This document shows, piece after piece, positions 38,648 through 64,000 of a stretch of DNA of 64,000 nucleotides. Origin of the DNA: Paraspadella gotoi (taxonomy: Eukaryota > Animalia > Chaetognatha). The notes under the pieces were generated by a model, which was given only the letters and a program-made list of their open reading frames with translations, searched no databases and was not told where the DNA came from. A program made the position numbers and the translations under genes. The stretch lies in the NCBI GenBank assembly GCA_051294375.1, contig CM119268.1:11552200-11616199 (forward strand), written 5' to 3'. Position 1 is the first letter of the stretch. Every line of letters starts with the position of its first letter.

Positions 38648-39208
38648 CTCAGTAGGAAGGGTAACGGAGGTGGTAGGAATTTTTCCGTGGTCGGATGTGA
38701 AACTGAAATGGTCTGTGTACGCTCGGTAGAAAGGGTAACGGAGGTGGTAGGAATTTTTCCGTGGTCGGATGTGAAACTGGATGGTCTGTGTACTCGGTAG
38801 AAGGGTAAACGGAGGTGGTAGGAATTTTTCCGTGGTCGGATGTGAAACTGATGGTCTGTGTACTCGTAGGAAGGGTAACGGAGGTGGTAGAGAATTTTCC
38901 GTGGTCGATGTGAAACTGATGGTCTGTGTACTCGGTAGGAAGGGTAACGGAGGTGGTAGGAATTTTTCCGTGGTCGGATGTGAAACTGATGGTCTGTGTA
39001 CTCGGTAGGAAGGGTAACGGAGGTGGTAGGAATTTTTCCGTGGTCGGATGTGAAACTGATGGTCTGTGTACTCGTAGGGAAGGGTAACGGAGGTGGTAGG
39101 AATTTTTCCGTGGTTGGATGTGAAACTGATGGTCTGTGTACTCGGTAGGAAGGGTAACGGAGGTGGTAGGAATTTTTCCGTGGTCGGATGTGAAACTGAT
39201 GGTCTGTG
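38648..39208 (+). repeat. ~70-bp tandem minisatellite, 8 copies
   Basis: Unit CTCGGTAGGAAGGGTAACGGAGGTGGTAGGAATTTTTCCGTGGTCGGATGTGAAACTGATGGTCTGTGTA. Confidence 0.95.
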
Positions 39209-41047
39209 GGCTTGGTTTGGCTTTATTCCTATATATTTTCAATGAGGCCGGTCCACGCCGTCAGAAGGGCTTGGCAAACCCCATCGCCTCTTGCCTTCAT
39301 GTATTAATCTTGTCCCGGAAAGTTTTTTAATCCTGCTTTAGTTTAGAATCACTCTCATGTTTTTCATATTCTATTTTTTTTAATGAAATTATAAATCCAA
39401 AGTAAGTATTTCGAAACGTTTAATTCTTTACAAGGTACTCACGATTTTCAAAATAGATTGGACTTATGTTTTTGAATCAAGGTTTTAAGGACATGAAGTG
39501 CCCTCTAAAATAAAAGAAAATCGGAAAATAATATTTGAATGTAATGCAGTCAAAAATAGAGAGTGAAATCTCTATTCAATTTTATATCTGTTTTCTTCAA
39601 TAGCAAAAAATTTAACGCTAATTCCTCTCAGTATGGGATACACTAAGTTTGTACCAAATATAAAATTTATATTGATCATGTTCTAACAGCCTTATTTTTT
39701 TCACTTTTCATAGAATCAAACCCACACATTTAGCCCCAAATCTGTTCACACACTCCTTTTTTGGTCGATTTTAACTTTCATAATATTTTGATTTTAAGAG
39801 ATTCCATATTCTTTATCTATATCTGTAACTATTGAAAAGGAAAATAAGCAACATAAGTATAAAAAAAATTTATTTCATTTAAGTCACATGACAATTTTTT
39901 TTTGCCATATAAAAAGATATTACAACGGAATTAGGACAAAATAGACCAAAACCTTTTTACACCATGAAGTCAGCGATAAAACGGTTAAAAAAATATTTGA
40001 AAAAGTGTACGCGCATAATTTTTTTAGAATCATTAAAATAATTTAGTAGAACAAAGAGAAAAACGCAATTTCTTTGCATTGTGATATTTCCCAATTTGCT
40101 CTATGATCTATGACTATAAGGAAAGCGACAAAAAATGAAGTACCAAAAGTAAAACAATTGAAACTACGTGGTTTTCAAAGAAAAAAAATAAAACGAATGT
40201 GCGTTGATATGTGAGAGTCCAACAAAAACGACTAGGAAAGTATTGTGTCATGAATATGGAATTAATTTTCTGATAAATTTGCATACGAGAACACCCACTA
40301 ATACTGCAATTATGCGGTTTTGATGAATGCGAACAAAAATAACAAGTAATTATTGCTATTTTTTTGGGATGAAAGCAAAAACTCCTGATATGTAAAACCG
40401 ATGTTGTAATAGAAAAGTTGAATACACCGAAATACGACTAAACTTTGAACTAAAAATTATGACGTTCGCCTGAGCTTTAGTCTCGGTCACAGTCACACCA
40501 TTATCATTTTTAAATATATTTCTTTCCGATCCATACCATCGATTTTTTTAGTCTTATCCCCCAATTATTTTTATGATTATATTTTTATACGAGAGAAAAA
40601 TGCAACAGGCAATGACTGAGAGTAACAATGCGACGACGACAATTGAAAAACCGACCAAAATCGGTCTAATGGCTTTATAAACAATAAATACAAAAAAAAA
40701 AACAAAAAAAACAAGGTAAATTTTGGCAATAAGATAGTCGCCCCAATTTTGGTGGGTTTTTTTTTCACCGATCGATAAGAAAATAAGTATGAAACAAAAC
40801 TACAAAACGAAACGGTTTTTTTTTCTTCTCACGTTTTTCATCGAAGCAAAATCTGTACAATGGCATTGTCATCAGTAAAAAAAAAAATCGTCATGAGATA
40901 GGGTCCGATAACGTATAGAAAAACGTAACGTCGGATCGGATCGGCCTTGTGAAGGAGTTGGCAATAATTTTCGTCACCCGTAATATTTTCGGTTTCGTGT
41001 AGATCTCCCCTCTTAACAATTTTCCCCAAGTATCCGAGTATCGCTAG

Positions 41048-41147
41048 TCTTTCGATCGACGATCCTCTTCCCTCTTTCGATCGACGATCCTCTTCCCTCT
41101 TTCGATCGACGATCCTCTTCCCTCTTTCGATCGACGATCCTCTTCCC
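41048..41147. repeat. 25-bp perfect tandem repeat x4 in the ZSWIM 3' UTR
   Basis: TCTTTCGATCGACGATCCTCTTCCC repeated four times, lying 8-107 bp downstream of the stop codon on the minus strand. Confidence 0.92.
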
Positions 41148-41154
41148 TCTTCCG

Positions 41155-61527
<20,373 letters not shown>

Positions 61528-61773
61528 CTATCTCTGTCTCTCTCTTTTCAAAGACCAAAAACAAATCTTATTTGGTCGTATCGCGTTTCATCTCGACGCT
61601 GACGACAGCAGCACGATTCGATCTGGAAAAGTAGGTAAAAGGAGGGTGAGGGTTGGACCGGTCTCAGAAGTGAGGTAAAATGAAAAAGAAGAAAGACAAT
61701 AAATGAACGGAATATGTAGAGAAAGAGTAAAAAAGGAGAAGAAAGGAGAATGAAAAGAAAAGAAAAGAATTAA

Positions 61774-61854
61774 GAAAAGAAAAGAAAAGAAAAGAAAAGA
61801 AAAGAAAAGAAAAGAAAAGAAAAGAAAAGAAAAGAAAAGAAAAGAAAAGAAAAG
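61774..61854. repeat. (AAAAG)n microsatellite
   Basis: About 16 perfect pentamer units. Many (AG)n/(CT)n tracts also occur across the window, e.g. 6535-6610, 12332-12430, 12528-12635, 47635-47733 and 54360-54450. Confidence 0.95.
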
Positions 61855-62475
61855 ATGAGGAGAAAAAAGGAGAAAAGAAAAGAAAGCAAAAAATAAAAGA
61901 AAGGAAAAGATAAAAGAACATCGCTCTCCATCAGAAATGTGGAAACTGGGCAAGGGAAATGTTTAAGACCGGTTTAGAATAATAGAAAACATTTTGATAA
62001 TGAGACATCCTCCGAGTTAAGTGTTTTTATTTACTAATAGGATTAATCATGCCTAAAATTGGATAACGGATATTCATGACATGTTAGAAGAAAAGGATAA
62101 AAAAAAGTAAAATTAAGGAAGGCAATCATCCATCTAGCAATAAACTGTTGCATAAAATCATAAAATCACAACAAAAAATTAAAAACGTAGTAACGAAAAA
62201 AAAAAACCCAACGCATTGCGACGGAGAAAAAATATCGACGAAAACAATATCTACTAAAATAAAAATTGAAGCATGTAAGTCGTTTAACAATAGTTTCCCA
62301 GCGGCACACTGCGTATTGCGCGAGACAAAATCGCAAAAAAATCGCAAATAAAATAAAAAAAACCATTCGTCTTCTGAATTTCTCAACGCCGTCGATTCGC
62401 TCGGCCTTGTTTTTAGTGTCCGAACGAGCCAGCTTTCGAACACTGTGTGTGTAGGCTCTCTCTCTTGTATTCGAG

Positions 62476-62508
<33 letters not shown>

Positions 62509-63158
62509 TCTCTCTCTCTCTCTCTCGTCTCGTCCGTCGTTCTTGTCGTCGTCGTCGTCATCATCGTCGTCGATTTGGAGTCTCGTCGGGTTCAGAGCTG
62601 CATTCTCCAGCAATGACGATTCTCCTTCTATATTACGTTTTTTTTTCCTTTCCTCTTTTTCTGCCTTTTGTTTCCAAAGTAAAAATCCATTAAGACTCAA
62701 AGAAACACAACCTGGAGGACGGGGGGATGGAGGCGGGGGGGCGGGGGGGAGAGAGAGAAACAATTGGGTTCGTTCTGGTTTCCTTTTTTTTTCACTCTTT
62801 TTTAGTTGTTCTCTCTTCCCATGAAATTACAAATTAAAAGACGATTATTACTTTAAAAGCGGAAAATGGTTATGAATCGGATTCCGCGGAGTACAGGAGG
62901 TAGGGGCGAAACGTTCAAGAGAAAAAGAATCAAAAACTTTGCATAGGCCACTTTATAAGATTTTCGCTGGGGAGAATATGTTGCTCAAAAATCCTTAAAA
63001 AATATATACGAGTCCGAGGCCTTTTCCTTTCTCTTTTCTTTCTTCTGTCCTACCTCGGCGGATAACCCGAAGGTGTAACGATAAATCGTCTTCATTTTTG
63101 TGGATTTTTAAGATCGCCAGGTGTGGTTAAAGTATGACGGTGTCATAACTCTGGGCTC

Positions 63159-63199
<41 letters not shown>

Positions 63200-64000
63200 G
63201 CTGTATTATTTTATCAGGTTCTCGAGATTTTGACAAGGAGTGGCTCCAGAAAAAGCGAATCAAATAAAAGCAGCAATTGATACGCAAGAACTGAGATGGT
63301 GGAACTTAACTGGAGAGGCTGATGGCGGTTTTTGGCTGGAGGATGACCATCCTGACGATTCTACTTTCTAGTAAAAGTGCATTGTGACGAAGTCCCTAAT
63401 TTTTATCTCCAATCGTTAAGGCTGAAAAAACTGCACCCAAAGCTCAATGAGTTTAGAAATTAGAACCGGCGGAGACGAGATGAGAGCGGTGACAGGAACA
63501 CCAGGGGGAGCGGCAGAGACGGGAAAGACGCAGCCACGCCGCGGGGCATGAAACAATGCAGGAGTCGTCAAGCAGCGCAGCGGGAAATAAACATTGACAA
63601 CCTGATTGGATTTAAAAGTAAAGATAAAATAAGAAATTTTATTTTAAAAAATTTTTATTAAAATTAGTTTTATATAATTTTGAAATCTATAAAGTTCGGG
63701 GATGACAAGCAACAAAAACTTTTCAAACCTTATATTTTTTTAATTTTATTGTAAAATAATTTTTTTTGCTATTGAAATTTTTTAATAATTTTATGTTATC
63801 AAGGTTATAAAAAACATAATTTTAAAACTGCGTAAAAATTTACAGCTAATAAAACCAGTAAACAAAATTTTAAAATAGCTATATTATTATCCTAATTATT
63901 ATAATGATTGTTATCATTGTACATCTGTATCATTAACTTGATAGGATAAAAAACACCTCATTATCTTGTAAGAGTGAAAGAGGCCTTAAACCACTATAAA

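Noticed and set aside
33186-39208. Regular repeats as possible CRISPR arrays
   Set aside because: Head-to-tail units with no unique spacers, eukaryotic context and no cas genes.
38648-39208. GAAAC/CTGATG in the repeat unit as a hammerhead ribozyme
   Set aside because: The core reads CTGATGG rather than CTGANGA, and the motifs overlap, leaving no room for stems I and III.
38649-39242. 197-aa repetitive ORF
   Set aside because: By-product of the 70-bp tandem array; the frame changes from unit to unit.

Overview
This is animal nuclear DNA from a gappy, partly indel-rich scaffold full of (AG)n microsatellites. (1) About 5.1 kb of mitochondrial-derived sequence (~1170-6320) carries nad4-nad4L-nad5 on + and nad3-nad2-cox3-trnM-rrnS on -. 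Only trnM is visible between genes, which points to a chaetognath host (inference). (2) An 8.8-kb DNA transposon (15095-23862) has TAAGGCGTAG termini, an 8-bp TSD and degraded KDZ/Zisupton-type transposase motifs, and its 612-bp MITE derivative sits nearby. (3) There is a family of near-palindromic TAGGGTGTG foldback elements with 9-bp TSDs, one followed by a probable fold-back assembly artefact. (4) There are two unrelated ~70-bp tandem arrays. (5) A five-exon, 133-aa four-transmembrane (MARVEL-like) gene is invisible in the ORF track. (6) A 23-exon ZSWIM4/5/6-family gene (41155-61461, -) carries a ~500-aa low-complexity insertion. All calls were made by eye; nothing was searched against databases.
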